Origin: Phoronis australis
Lineage: Eukaryota; Animalia; Phoronida
Assembly: GCA_002633005.1 (NCBI GenBank)
Contig: NMRA01000077.1
Location: 248,001 to 312,000 of the forward strand
Length of the DNA stretch: 64,000 nucleotides
Direction of reading: 5' to 3'
Shown: positions 13,051 through 26,850 of the stretch, in pieces
Layout: every line of letters begins with the position of its first letter
Numbering within the stretch: position 1 is the stretch's first letter
Program-made: the position numbers and the translations under genes
Notes under the pieces: model-generated
What the model was told of the DNA's origin: nothing
What the model saw: the letters and a program-made list of their open reading frames with translations, nothing else
Databases searched by the model: none

Positions 13051-16000
13051 GAACTGGTGAGGTTCAGAAGATGGGGAACTGCAGGCAAGTCGTGTTTTTC
13101 GTCGACTGGTGTTGACTACTTCGGACATTTCTGTGTGATATGAGAAAGAAGTCAGAGAGAAAGGAGATGTAGAAGGGAGAAGGAAGAGGAGGGAGAGAGA
13201 GACAAGAGAAGATTGGATCTTGAGTCGTGTCTGAGTTCGGAGATTAGACATTGGACTGACAATCTCTAAACTCGGACTCCAAAGGTAATTCATCAATCTT
13301 CATGAAAAGTTTATGTTTCATCAAATAACTTGTTCGTTGTCCAGTTTCAACCCGCCAAAGTATATATTTTCTGAATTCTCGACAGCTGAGCAAACTTAAT
13401 TACTCTATAACAAACGATTCTGTGAAACATAAAGGCATGAATTGTCATTTTTTTAAAAATTGTCGATTGTTGCTTTGAACTTGAATATCAACTGCGTGTC
13501 TGAATGTATAAATAGGTTCACTTCCAATATACATTAAAATGTGTCGCTTTGATTGATCATCAAAAAAAACACAAATATCGTTCAGCAAAGTCATTTCAAG
13601 ACGTCTCAGGCCTTCATTTTTGACAAACGTTGCTTGAAGGAAAACAAAAAATCTGAGGTCACAGACGATAAACTCAGCGTCCAAAATTTCACGAGAATCG
13701 ACCCACGCATTAAGAGGGAAATCACTCAAACCCGAACATCAAAAGGCCTAAAAATGTCGGATAGAAACTCACTCTTCTCAGCTAGTCTAGTGCAAGCTTG
13801 AGAAAGGTGAATACCATAATAAATCCGAGTACGCTACCAGCTGAGTTGAAACTGTCAGTTTCCGCACTCGATGGTCCTAAGAGTGAAGGAGTGAAGCTAT
13901 ACTCTACTGCTTGATTTAGAACCGATTTCGAATTCTTACACTAAATTTTAACTTCAGTATGAGATGATTATCAAGTGCTACTACGTCTTACTTAGGTCGA
14001 CCAGTTGATCAATTGACGACTACGATGTGTCTCTGCAGACTGGGTAATCGCGAGTTATCGCAATGCATGTTAAACTAGCTAGGTGATCTTGTACACTATC
14101 AATCACGAGTAGCTTGCGTTGGGATGCGATTCCATGGTTATAGTAGAGAGAGCTCGAATATCCAAATTCCTTTCAAGCAGGTCAGAGCGAACGTGGCAGA
14201 GCGCGCTTTTTAAAGGGGTATTATCTGCGAGTAAAGGGATTTTCTGATATCAGCCTCAGCGCAGAATCAAATCTGAAACCCTTTCGATCGATGCGATCAG
14301 CAGGAAGAGCAAAATCTCACTAGATAACTGGCGAAGTATTTGATTTCAACGAATGTCTGCAGACAATGGTGAAGATTGGCGATTTTTAATGAAATCGCAA
14401 AAACACAACTGATTGTGTTGTTTTACTGCCAAAGCTAATCACTAAGAAGTCCATCCCATCTAACTATAATCCAAAAAATGCATTTTTCTGTCGTAAAACC
14501 GATATTGTCCTTTTACAGGTGACCGGGCTTTAGTTGAATTGTGCTGAGAACTATTGCGATATAGACTCGTGTTACATTTAATCTGAGACTTAATTTTACT
14601 AATTGCAAGTAAGTCACATGACTTATTTCCATTGTGAGACATCTCTCCAAAACTGCTCTTGTCGATTTCATGCTATCATTGCTCCCATTAAGTCATGGCC
14701 CTATACACTGCTTACTTACATCACAGCCATGACAATCATAAAATGGACTGATCACCTCTTATGACAAGTTGGTGCACAAATACTAGCTTTGCCATGTTAG
14801 TGATTAACATCTACTTTCAAAATGAATTGGAAAATCTGCGATTGATATGAAGTAACCTAGTTTTGGCGGAGCTATTAAATTGCTTCTTGAGACTCTCTCT
14901 GGCTGCATATAAAGCGCCGAACGATTTGTCCAGCGATGGTGTGTAAAGATTTGAGAAATTTTACGCGGTTTGTTGTTGATGCAGTAATTTAGTAATACTG
15001 TGGTGGACTATTTTTTTAGTTTCAGCAAATATCCCCATATAGTGTTGGGAAATTTCCCTAACTAATGGTAGCAGATATAAATTATTAAGATGATTAAAAA
15101 AGGTTGCGAGTGATATCAAATTGCGTTATTGATTATTGAACGCAAGCTTTTAGTGATAAAATATTTAAGTTAAAATTACTTTCAGCCTCATTGTGAAAGC
15201 AAATATTACAACTTGACGGCGAGTGTGACGTTTTCTATGTAATTGTAATCAATCAAATCATGTATCACTCCTTCGCCAAACATGTGATTACGTGTTTTGT
15301 TGTGCTTACTTAAACCCACGCTCTAAATACAAATGTCAATTGCTCTTAATTGTTTGCATAATTAGGTTTTAAAATGTCGAACTATGAAATATACCATCGG
15401 GGATACAACAACTTTGAGTTATCTGTATTTGCCCCTTTCTTTCAAATTTAATCCAACAATGCACGAGTCTCCAGATTTATGGAAATGATTGCCCTTTTCA
15501 AATTTCGTGGAATTTTGTTTTAAAATACTTAAATTTATTAGTGAAGTTGCGTGCTTTCTCATACAACGTTTCTCGGAATGAAATTTTGACGCCATGACAC
15601 GCATCTCGTCTAACGACATACACATGTTATTTTTAGTATATTAATAACAACATAAACAGTCGGTGGAAACTTTTGAATGGGTGCCTTGGGCGCATTTTTA
15701 TTAACCGAGTTTCATTTTTATTAGCCGAGTAGCATGAATCGACCTTTTGGTGCCACTCCATGTTTTCGTCATCATACAACGACATAGTTGATTGAAACGC
15801 CATTTAGCCCGTGTCTTCTGTCAAAAAAACGGTTGTTATTTAGGCGACTTAGTGTTGGTCTTGTTATGTTATTTAGTCATTATAGAAGTGACCGTGGGAG
15901 GAACTGTCAGCTCGTTACTTCTTCAGACCAACCTCGTACAATGTCAGGTCACGCTCAGCTGTCCGTTTTTCCCAGCCCAGATACGGTAACCGGTCTAAAT

Positions 16001-17499
16001 TAAAAATTGTTTGATGATAGAAAGCTTGGTTCGCTATAAGAATAATATGGCGTGTATTAAAATGCGAGATCTAGAAGCTATTAACAATGGAATAACTGGG
16101 AAAAGAGCAGATGTATATAAACGCTTCATGCCAGAGGAATAGCAGAACGTGATACCCTTCTCGATGTTCCTCCACCTCCATGTCCCCCCGGCTGGGTTTT
16201 GCCCATGAATTACGCGAAAACGATGTTCCCCATGCCTTTTCAAAATAGTTACACCATCGTTTTTTGGGGGCCTGGGGCCCCATTTCCCTATCTCATCCGG
16301 CAACAATTATATACAGTGAAAATTTGTGTGCTCTTGAGCAACGTCGACGGCTACGCCTCCGATAATGACTCGCAGTCGTGACTTGAACGTTTTAAGTTTC
16401 TAGATGACATTTTGGTCATTTTTGTCTCTTTTCGACCGATACCGCAACTTCTTTTTTCATCTAGTTCCGCTCTGTTATGAGAAATCGTAACTCCTGGACT
16501 TAATTAGCCAAAATAAGTGGATTAAAGTGCGGAGTTGCGCAACTCCGCTTCAGCTGGAAACATTAGGTGGCACTCAATAACTTTTTCGAGCCACAGTTGA
16601 ATTNNNNNCCCCCCCCCCCATTTCATAAAAATGTTACCTGCTGGATTGACTAGACACCACTTTGAGATTTACTGTAGTTTGGTAGTTTGTTTATTTTTTA
16701 ACCTGTTTTTGAAAAAATACAACTTCTTGGCCTTTTCTTGCAATCTTGGGTGTTCGTAAAAACTCCACTAATTTCTGTAGGCAAGGCAAGATTTTGCTGG
16801 AAGTTCAGTTATCATCAGAATTTTCAGGTTAACAAAAATTGTCGACACCCATTGTCTTCCCTATTTTTGGAATCTGTAGTGTTTTGGCATTCTGAGCGCG
16901 TTGTCTCCTGGTGTCTAGTATTGGCACGCGAGTCGTGGTTTTGGGTTGAATACTGCCGATTCTGTTTATTTTTGCTCATTTTTTAACATAGCCGGCTTGT
17001 TTGCTGTATGCACGAGAGCAAAAATGCACATTGAATACAAATTTTTGACTGTAGGCAAGCTTTATGTGTGGTCAGTACCTGCACGCGTTCACATTTTGAG
17101 GTTTTCTTGTAGGAAAGAAATAAACTACGTTCCTTCGTTTCACTCTGCCTGGGAGGCAAAAATGGAGAAATCTGTCGAGTGCCCCCTAACTCCACTTCGG
17201 CTGGGGTATTCGCTAGAGGTCGCGACATCAATCACGCAAGACTCATCCCAGCGTCTTTCATTACCAACTATCAGTAGTCGAACATATAGAAATACAGTGG
17301 CGGATCCAGGATACCACAAGGAGGGTCCAACATTTTGTCTGTAACTATTTGCTCAAAGCACGATTGTAGATACACATAGCACCGAATGGGGGGAGGTCGG
17401 GAGGGCTTTTTTCTGTTTTTTCCTCTAAAAATCAAGCATTTTCCCTGATTCCAAAGCAAAAAGGCAAAAAAAAAAACGGAGAAAGTGTCAAACAGGAAA

Positions 17500-17560
17500 C
17501 ACTGACTCGAACTCACGACAATGTCGGATGGAGCGCGCGTGCTTTACCACTGCACCACCA
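17500..17560 (-). mobile_element. tRNA-derived SINE head fragment
   Basis: Minus strand GGTGGTGCAGTGGTAAAGC (A box) ... GAGTTCGAGTC (B box); no full cloverleaf. Confidence 0.5.
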
Positions 17561-18068
17561 CGACTTTTCTCCACATAAAGATACTAAGAGACCTACTTAT
17601 TTATGGTCCACAGTGTTTGCGCGCGAAACCTCCTCCTTTTTGTAATGCTTATTACATGTTTTATATTTTGTGCAATCAGTTCGTAACAAATTTGTTGTAT
17701 TTAAAATAGTCTTCAATTGCCCAAAAGACCAAATCTGTTTTTTGTGTTGGCAATAATGACGCGATTGCTTTGGAAATTGTCTTAAGTTAAGGTTTGACAA
17801 AGAGAGAGTTAGGCGTTTCTGAGTGATTCACTCAAGCTTCGATTAAAATTGACATCTTGCCTTCATCATCACTCAGATTCCATTTTCTTTAAAAAATGAA
17901 GTAATTTTCTTCATTGCACAGGGGAGCAGACGACGGAAACGGAATCGTAGTACCCAGCGCCACTGCCGGTCGCCTGAGATATCGCGGGAGAACCTATACT
18001 TAGCCATAGTTCCGTTACGATTGCGCCGTGTTCCGAATTTGACACTTGAAATTGGATCTGAGCCCCTC

Positions 18069-18321
18069 NNNNNNNNNNNNNNNNNNNNNNNNNNNNNNNN
18101 NNNNNNNNNNNNNNNNNNNNNNNNNNNNNNNNNNNNNNNNNNNNNNNNNNNNNNNNNNNNNNNNNNNNNNNNNNNNNNNNNNNNNNNNNNNNNNNNNNNN
18201 NNNNNNNNNNNNNNNNNNNNNNNNNNNNNNNNNNNNNNNNNNNNNNNNNNNNNNNNNNNNNNNNNNNNNNNNNNNNNNNNNNNNNNNNNNNNNNNNNNNN
18301 NNNNNNNNNNNNNNNNNNNNN
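18069..18321. other. Assembly gap (N run)
   Basis: 253 consecutive N; smaller N runs at 198, about 16604 and about 27308. Confidence 0.99.
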
Positions 18322-19041
18322 ACACAATAACGCACATCACAAATGAACTAGTAAATGCAAGCCTGAAGATGCGATATGCGTCTCGAAATATCGCTTTGTA
18401 GATTATTTTACCTACCGAAGTCTATTGGATTTTTATTGCACTGTTGTGATGTAAACACAACAGTTGTCTCTTTTTAGAGAATTTGAAAGAACCGAAATTC
18501 AACTCGCGAAAACTGAACAAAGTCGTGTCTTCAATGAAACATGCATACGAAAAACATTACTGCCAAAGTATAGTGATAGCTATTTATATGTATGCATATA
18601 TCACTGGTCACAACAGTAACGCGAGCTGCACCCAGGAGTATGCGCGCGGTTTGACTTCAGCACTAGATGTGTACGAGGAACTCCTTAATCTGTTGCTTAT
18701 ATGTTATGTGTAAAGCACGTTTGTGGCAGTCGTGGTATATTTAACTGGATTTCAAAGGTCTGTGCTAAATTTAATTAGATACCATATGGCTTGCAGCATT
18801 ACTTGCACGTCATGCACAAAAGCGAGATTGCTTTCACATATTGTCTATTTTCTCAACTCCCTTCCTTCATCCAGTTGCATCTACTGTTTGTAAGAACGAG
18901 GAGTTGGAGAAACGGTTGTGCAGTGCTCTAGTGGTTGCCAGTAATGCCACGATATGAACTCGGGTCTTTCAAATGAGACCCCTAGCTCAAACCACTCATC
19001 CACATTGTCTTCGGGCTGTTCTTAACGCTTCTATAAACCTA

Positions 19042-21785
19042 GCCTTGGCGCATAGCTGTGTACTAAATATACAGCTTCGCGTCGATGTGGGTAAAAAAGT
19101 AACCAGATAAAATCTGACACAAAATTAGTGTCATGAAAAACTACACTCTTCCTTGAGTAAACTAAATTATTTACCGGTGTAGTGGAAACTGGCGTTCTAC
19201 CATTATTCTGCTGCTAAAATTGTGGTGCGATCTTTTGCGTCGCGGCATTTTTTCACTCAGGGTGCACACTTTCGTTTCAGAAATGGCATTTTATTAAGTT
19301 TTCATTTCAGCTTTGAGACTTTGGTTGTTGGAATCAACATGGTATATGGAATGTCAGGTTAAATTTTTGTGAAGTATCCTCATTTAGTTTTTGAGATTTG
19401 GCCTGTTGAAATAACAAAGTATAGTGTGGGCTACGGAGATTGCATCACTGGTATTGTCACAAAAACTTTGGAAAAAAGACTTAATCTGGCTCAGGAACAA
19501 GAAAGTTTGTTATTGGTAACTCATGTACTTAACTTAATCACTGAACACCAATATAAAAAATAGGTTCACACCTGTGTATGCTTCACAAGGTGTGAGTATA
19601 CAAATAAACATAGCAATTGTACTTAATCCTTAGACATACTTAGCACTTAACTATCATCAGAGTCACATCACAGTCAAAAGGAATGCCTAATTTCCATCAA
19701 CTACCCTCAAAGAAATACAGGAAAACACTTTTTATCATCAGTAAACATTGTATGCATAAGTCTCACATAATACAGTGGTCAAAAATGGGGTTACGGAGAA
19801 TACAAAATACGCAGTTACCTGTTCATAAGTTGATGAATACTTGAGCAAATACAACAGAATTCCTTTACTTGTTAATACCAACACTTCTGAATGACCAAAG
19901 AACATTCAGGTTTTATTAATAATGAGTTTAAACTGAAAAAGTAATTTTACCTAAACTTGCCTCAAATCCCACCCATAAATAAAAAGTTGTAATATTCCTT
20001 GTGTTGGAGAGTTTATTTGTCTCCATTTCCTCAATAAATGCACCTAGTTACAAGTTTATGCACCTAGTTACAAGTTTTTTCAAACCATGAACTAACAATT
20101 CAAAGTAGGGGGCTACGGAGAATACAAAAAACATTTTTGCTCATGATCAGTTCAAAGTCTAATATTTTTTGTGGGCCAAAGATAGCTTCTAGTTTCCCAA
20201 TGTGCAGTATCAAAAATCTTTTATTAATGGAAGAATTTAATGGAATTCAGACAGGGCTACCAAGACTACACTTTCTTTAGGTGACGGTGATATTATTTGG
20301 TTGAGGAATCCAATCATCAGGACATCTGGTACAAATATGTGGTTTCTAAATCAAATTCTATACACCATCAACCTTTAAAAAACACAGTTCAAAACACTAG
20401 TAATGCTTTTCTTCTTCAGCCATGAATGTAAGAGAAAGAGCACATGCAAATTTAGAGTTTTGCATAACATTGATATCATTTTGCAAATGTGCCTGAAAAT
20501 TGTGTTTGACATTTCAGATTCCTGCAATCACCTGAAAAAAAACAAGAAATACATGTTAAGATCATTAAAAAATATTAAATTTCAATGAAATGTGTGATTT
20601 AGTTAAATTCCATGTGTATTTAAAACATGCAGTGTTTCAGTGAAACAAAATAACGATGGATTTCTGGCTATTTCCAGCTACATTAAGGATTACTCTGGCC
20701 ATAATTAACCTTTTTTCGTACTTTAAAATTCGTAATTGTCATAAGTACCGGTGCTAAAACGAGATCATCATACAAATATCTGCCAGAGGTGAAGGAATAC
20801 TGTCAATATGATTGCAAAACATAAAAAATCTAGATTTGCACCATGAGTGAAAAAATGCCGTCGGCTTTCGGTTCCTTGAAATATTGCATCACCTATTGAC
20901 TTGTTTCTTTTTTCGCCGATTCTTCAATCATCCATTGTTCTTTCACGAGGTTGCGTACGCGTCACAACAAATTATCGGAACTGGTTTCACTTCATTATAA
21001 GTTTTTAGAATTTTGATACCGCAGCAAACCGAATTTCAGAACAAATTTTGTTGCTGCGAAACTGTCATCATCTCCCGAAAGATGTGCGCGTGTCTCGAGC
21101 GTACTGTTTTTAAAACGACGACATACTTTTCTTTGTAACAAAAGGCCGAGAATTACGTTTATTCATAGATTATAGACAACAGATTCGCAACTCCGACATT
21201 TTCTACCGTGCTATCCAAGAGGCGGCGCCACCCTCCTAAATTATCTGGTGCAGTTTCCGGTTAGTGTATTGTGACGGGAAATTATCGCATCTAACTTACT
21301 GTCCAGTACAACGAAAGCAAAATAAGACTTACGGCATTGAAATGCTGTTCAAAATCTTAAAATAGTAGAACTGTTAGCATCGTGAGTACTTTTAGCAATG
21401 CTACAACCACCCTACCACACAATAACCGACCAAGATTAGCAGACGTACTTGCCGGAAATAACACCAGATAATTGGGTCAGGTGTCGTTATTGAATAATGA
21501 CGTAACGATGAAAGTATATGGAGTTGGCGGTCCGTGTACTATAGTTTATGGTTTATTATATTGTTTTTCTTTTAAACGGCTGTAATAGGCAATGTGAGTG
21601 TCAGTTGACTCCCAGGTTTTACATGCACCCCCGCCGGTCTTTAGAGCCACATGCTGATACAGGTGACGAGCAGAACTACCTGAGCTGTGTGCAATTTCGA
21701 CTGGAGGTCTGTCGGAGCTCAACACACAGTGGTACCTTGCTGTATTTTGACAATAGTCTTCATACAGCTAGCCAGCCAGCTACTA
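19042..21785 (+). repeat. Interspersed repeat, copy 1 (19042-19242 plus 20861-21785), split by a TIR element
   Basis: Collinear similarity to 56562-57290, e.g. TACTAAATATACAGCTT, GATAAAATCTGACACAAAATTAGTGTCAT, TTTTTTCGCCGATTCTTCAATCA, ACACAGTGGTACC. Confidence 0.88.
19243..20860. mobile_element. 1618-bp non-autonomous DNA transposon with 24-bp TIRs and a 3-bp TSD
   Basis: Left CGGCATTTTTTCACTCAGGGTGCA; right TGCACCATGAGTGAAAAAATGCCG (23/24 match). TCG is duplicated at 19240-19242 and 20861-20863. The empty site is visible at 56740-56754. Confidence 0.92.
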
Positions 21786-21843
21786 TAAACCACAAGCGCT
21801 TGAGTTTATGTGTTCCTCGATCACGACTGACGTCACTCACTTC

Positions 21844-22470
21844 TGTTAAATTTCTTATAATAACGGGGGCGGTATCTACGACCAAGGCGCCCCGATTTTA
21901 CGAGCCCAGTGCGGACTGAGGGTGATATTGAAAACTAAAAGTTGGTGAATAATACATAGGTTTATTGTAAGAATATATAACTACAATATTCCACACTTAC
22001 AAGCAATCCAGTTGTTCCATGATTTAGTATCGCAGCGTTGTGATTTATACAGTTCTGATACACGGGCAAGCCAGTCGCTGATTAATAGTTGAGTGTGCAA
22101 GAATGGGGCAATTTGGTTATTCAGATCCGAAAGGTGAGATGCAATCATGCTCGGGAGGAGCCCGAGAATTGCTGGGGCTAAACTATTGGCAACCAAGTTC
22201 GGGAGGAGACCGAAAGCTGCACAAACAGTTGCAATTTGGTGTGAGTGAAGGTGTACATGTTTGCTTCTTGAACTCCGCGACTGGACTCCTCGTGTCTGAC
22301 AGAGACAAAGCTTAAGTACACAATTTCAACCAATCAGACACGATCTGAAGGGCAAGGCCCATAGCTCCTAGCTTCTGACCATATTTGGCCATGTCCAAAG
22401 GACTCAACATCATAGGAAAATTCCATACGTAATACACAGCTTGACCACTAGAGGGCGCATATATCTTACA
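21844..22470 (-). mobile_element. Probable solo LTR
   Basis: On the minus strand it starts TGTAAGATATATGCGCCCTCTAGTGG and ends TTTAACA, with TATAAA then AATAAA inside. No TSD identified. Confidence 0.4.
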
Positions 22471-23313
22471 TAATCATGTCCAGGGCACTCCTGTTACACT
22501 CATATATGGTTATGAGTTCGGCATCGGGAAAATTCGAGCGCTTGCATGACAGCGTTTTCCCGTTCAGTGACTTTACAAGACGAAGGGGGTTCTGAACGTG
22601 TGATAACCTCTAGCTTCTTTGTTAACTGCCAAGTAAAGTCTTTTGTCTGTTATGACAACAGATAGGCCAATTATCTACCAGGCTTATTACAGACCACGTG
22701 TGGACACCGTTAAATACAGACGGCTAAATCACAATCAAGGTCCATATTCGAGAGTTGACTGTGTTACGGTCTAAAATATTTTTTTTGGTCACTTACCAAA
22801 TGCCAACTGAATCCCATATGCAAAGAGTTATTTAGTTGCGCAATTTAAAAAAAGAATCATCAAAATCGGACAATGTTTGAGAAATTTGTGCATGTTTTTG
22901 TCTATGAATTTCATGTATTTTAGCGTTACGAGTGGCCATTTTAAAAATTACAATTTTCAACTGTCAACTGTAGAAAAGAAATTTATTTTATTAAACAAGC
23001 AATTGCTTTTATATGACTGGGAATAACTTGAGTCACTTTCAGAATCACTTAAACGAAGTTGTGCTTAATCATTGAGAAATGGTGAGGTTCATCATAAAAC
23101 AGGTACTCGTTACGAAATTTGTGAATTCTGCGTTTCTAACCCTCACCTACTGTAAAGAGGATTAAAACTAAAGTTCACACTCTGTAATACAAAGAACTGT
23201 AGAATATGTTAGCCTAGGCAACACAGCAAATTATTCAATATCTAAACAAACCAAAAGTTTGGATATTGACTGGGTTCTACTATGGTGAAAATGGGCCAAA
23301 AAGGCTAACAAAA

Positions 23314-24918
23314 TGTAGTGTACGTACCCCCATGTGGAATTCAATAACACAAATGATCATTGCAAATGAAATTATATTATTGCCTTTTAAATAACAACAT
23401 GGTGCTTATTATCACCAAAGAAAAATAAATGGCCATACAACATTATGTTACCATGTGATGCAGAAACAGTGATGTAGTGTACGTACCCCCTTTTGTAGTG
23501 TACGTACTCCCATGTTTACAAATGCCATGAAATTAAAATATCACTTGGTAAGTGAGCAACATTGGTCATAGACAGTTTCCTTCCTTAAAAATGTTAGGTT
23601 AAAAGGGTGTTTATTGTATATACATTTGAGTGAAATATTAGCATTTGTGTAGTGTACGTACCCCCATATTATAATTTGTGCCTATTTTCAAAGTATGGCA
23701 AATATGCTCATAAATGCTGTGCTTTTTTATTTTTTCTCTTGGAATTGATTTAGTAAATCAACTAACTCTCAGTAGATTCTTAGTATTTAGTTACAAACCT
23801 GACATGTCATTGAAATGTAGTGTACGTGCCCCTGTGTAGTGTACGTAACCCGATGTGAATAAATACCATGAAACAAAAATATTACACGTTAAGTAAGCAA
23901 CACTTGTCACACACAGTTTCCTCCATTAAAATGCTAGGTTAAAAGGGTGTTAATTACAAATGCATTTATTTTGAGTGAAATATTAGCATTTGTGTATTTT
24001 AACATGTGTCTGTTTTCAAAGAATGACAGACAGATATGCACATGTATGCTGTACTTTTTGTTTGTTCGCTTTGAATAGATTTGGTAATTGAACTAACTCT
24101 CAGTAGATTCTAAGTATTTTTTATAAACCTGACAAGTCAATGAAATGTAGTGTAGCTACCCCTGTGTAGTGTACGTACCCCTGTGTAGTGTACGTACCCC
24201 TGTGTAGTGTACGTACCACCAGCCTCTGCGCTATAAAGTATTGCCCACAATTATTTTACATACTGCTATTCTCATGAACAATACTGATATTTCCTAAATG
24301 CATCCAGTCTGACAAAACAAAAAAAACAATGAACATTATTAAATTTGTGGGAAATAAAATGCCACACAGGTCTTGGCTAGTAACATCCTAGAAGACATGT
24401 TATGTGAAAACTGATGTTGCAGAGGTAGGTTCTCTATCTTTTGGAACAAAACAACTAGTAGAGGCAGCACAAAACTCAAGATCATCCCATACATTTGTAA
24501 CTTAGTCATAATTTGATGTTGATTGACTGTGCGTAGTGTACGTACCCCCCAACCAGTACCATTTTTTACTGTTTACAAGTTGAACAGTGGGCCTAACATT
24601 GCTGTAACTCTTTTGACCAACTGGTGAATGTGTTGAAAACTAGGCAAATAGCACCAATAAAGTTTTTGAAAAAAGTAGTTTCCTGTCATTTTCTTTTTGT
24701 AAGAATCATATTGCAAAAGAAGAAGTTTTCATTATACTGTGTTAAGACATGCCATTCATCATCATCTAGAACAACTTGATCAGCACGGCAATAAATTTTC
24801 TTACTTTAGTATGTGATACTTCTTCAATTTGATCAAAACTTACTAAATTAACAGCTACCTTATGAATTTTTGCATGATAGAAGTAGGCTGTGACCACAAG
24901 TTGTAGTGTACGTAGCCT
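23314..24918. repeat. Dispersed array of about 12 copies of TGTAGTGTACGTACCCC, with an internal tandem duplication of about 335 bp
   Basis: Motif at about 23314, 23473, 23494, 23648, 23816, 23835, 24146, 24165, 24184, 24203, 24532 and 24902; 23494-23835 aligns with 23835-24165. Probably the interior of a non-autonomous DNA transposon. Confidence 0.85.
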
Positions 24919-26273
24919 TTTATGCAACTGCGATGCATTAGGCCATAAAATTTTATTCGGTGGTTCTTGTGCAAAAATATTTTAGAATACAAACCTGGAA
25001 TGATGGTACTTTAAAATAACCCAGCTTTTACAGTTATATGACAACCTTCATTTTTCACCAGAAGTGGCCACCGATTATGGACCTTGATTGTGATTTGCCC
25101 GAGAGCGAATTGGTACATTCAGAAAGAATAGATTATCCTAACTTCGGTTGCAGTTGGGCGATTTTGGCGATTCAAAAACTAAACATGATCACCATATATA
25201 GACGAGGATTACAGAAATGATATTGGTTTATGTTCAAATATGTTATAACATAACTTTTATTTTTACTAGCACAGCCCAGTCAGGCTAGATACGATCTTTT
25301 TGAAGATTAGAGCAATTATCGAACAAAAGAGAGCTGGTCCTCCAACCATGAATGCCAGAATGGAGTTAATCAGTCGTGTAAGATATTGGCTACAGGGGTA
25401 AACTTCCCAACTTGTTACCCAAGTTAGGCTAGAGAATCGAACAAGTTGGGAGCAACGGGAAAACGCCGTAATGTGTGCTATTAACCCACCTTTTAAGGTA
25501 AAGTCGCATAAACATTTTTTGATTTAGACCACTTAACGTATATGAAATTGGTCTCAAATTGTTTCTTAGTCAGAATGCTGTGGTCGTAGAAAGGGAATAA
25601 AATGCACCTCTGACATTTTAAACTAAAACCATTTTCTGATCTGAAACAGTAAACCACTTGAGCAGTAAAGTTGATACCTGCAGTAAATTTTGATCAATAT
25701 TACGATGCAGTCTTCTGACCGGTTTGGTGTGCCATTCAAGAGTTAGTATTCGCTGTAAATCTCTACCCCTACAAAATTGCGTTTTCATTTTAAAAGGGCA
25801 TTTATGCTGCGCGTTTTCAAACTGTTTTTCGGTAATTAAATATCCTGGCCTGCCGCAAATAGAAACGAATAATTGGACGGATGATTGATTGTTTTCCTGT
25901 TGAATGTCTGAATGTCCCTGATCTCAAAGCGGGCATTGACTTGTCAGGTAGCGGTGCAACTGGACTCTTGCATTACGTATGCTACGCTTACAGTTGTGCA
26001 AACGTGTTAAAGAACTGTCAGTCGTTGTAGCCTGATCAACAATTTCTTGTGCCTGGAAGTCAACAAGGCACTAAAATGTGAGCAATTTTACGCGAAGAGA
26101 AAGATTTACACTTGACATGTTTTAATGTAGTTCCTTTTATAACATATTTTTGGATTAACTTTGTCAGGAGAAGATGGACTTTGGCTTTAGTTCTATATGT
26201 GTTACTTTGCTGTTCCATTTGTTTAATAACAGATTTCACTTGATTGACATGACCCATGAGTTCAGGTCAGCAA

Positions 26274-26850
26274 TGATGTAATTTGTTTACAGTAGAATGT
26301 TGGAGAATATTCTATCATTTTCCAGTGTATAAGTGATTAATATAAAACCATACTCTGGAACATTCTAGACATTAATTAGTATATGTTTGAAGAATGATTG
26401 GGTAGATTCCGAAAGTTCTAGAATGTGCTTGAGTTGCAACAAATTATAAATAGCCAGGCATGGGTTAATTATTGGTGCGGGTCAATTGAATTCAATTAAA
26501 AAATAAAGATACATATACAGTAAAATTTGCAACTGAGTTGCAGTTACAAAATCATGAGTTACCGCGTTAGTCAAGAGAGAGCTATAGAAACTGCCAGTTA
26601 TCAACCAGTGTAACAGTTGCTGAAGGTGACTCAAGAGTACATTACATGTCAAGACTTCGCAGCTTTTACTGAAGCATAGAAGAGGTAGACGTTTTGCTTG
26701 AGTAAACTTGTGAATACATGGTCGAGATTAAACAGCGATTAACACGAACCAGTGGACCTATTCACTCTATCCTAACACCGAAAGCTATTAGCACCGGTCA
26801 GTGACAACCTGCGCCCACGGGATAAAACGTGATACTGTAAATGGTGTCAT
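26274..26850 (+). mobile_element. Probable Gypsy-type LTR with heat-shock elements and TATA box
   Basis: Starts TGATGT; three nGAAn/nTTCn arrays; TATAAAT at 26445; AATAAA at about 26502; followed by TGGTGTCA (PBS-like) at about 26842. Confidence 0.55.
26294..26451 (+). promoter_or_regulatory. Cluster of three heat-shock elements plus TATA box
   Basis: aGAAt-gTTGg-aGAAt-aTTCt (26294-26313), aCTCt-gGAAc-aTTCt-aGACa (26352-26371), perfect cGAAa-gTTCt-aGAAt (26410-26424), TATAAAT (26445-26451). Confidence 0.65.

Noticed and set aside
13100-13360. 3' LTR of the BEL element
   Set aside because: LTR-like purine-rich stretch, but I see no similarity to the putative 5' LTR at 9218-9655.
17873-18401. 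ORFs of 94-155 aa in the ORF track
   Set aside because: They are open only because they cross the N gap.
23314-24918. CRISPR array
   Set aside because: Spacer lengths vary from 2 to about 350 bp, some spacers duplicate each other, there are no cas genes, and the context is an animal genome.
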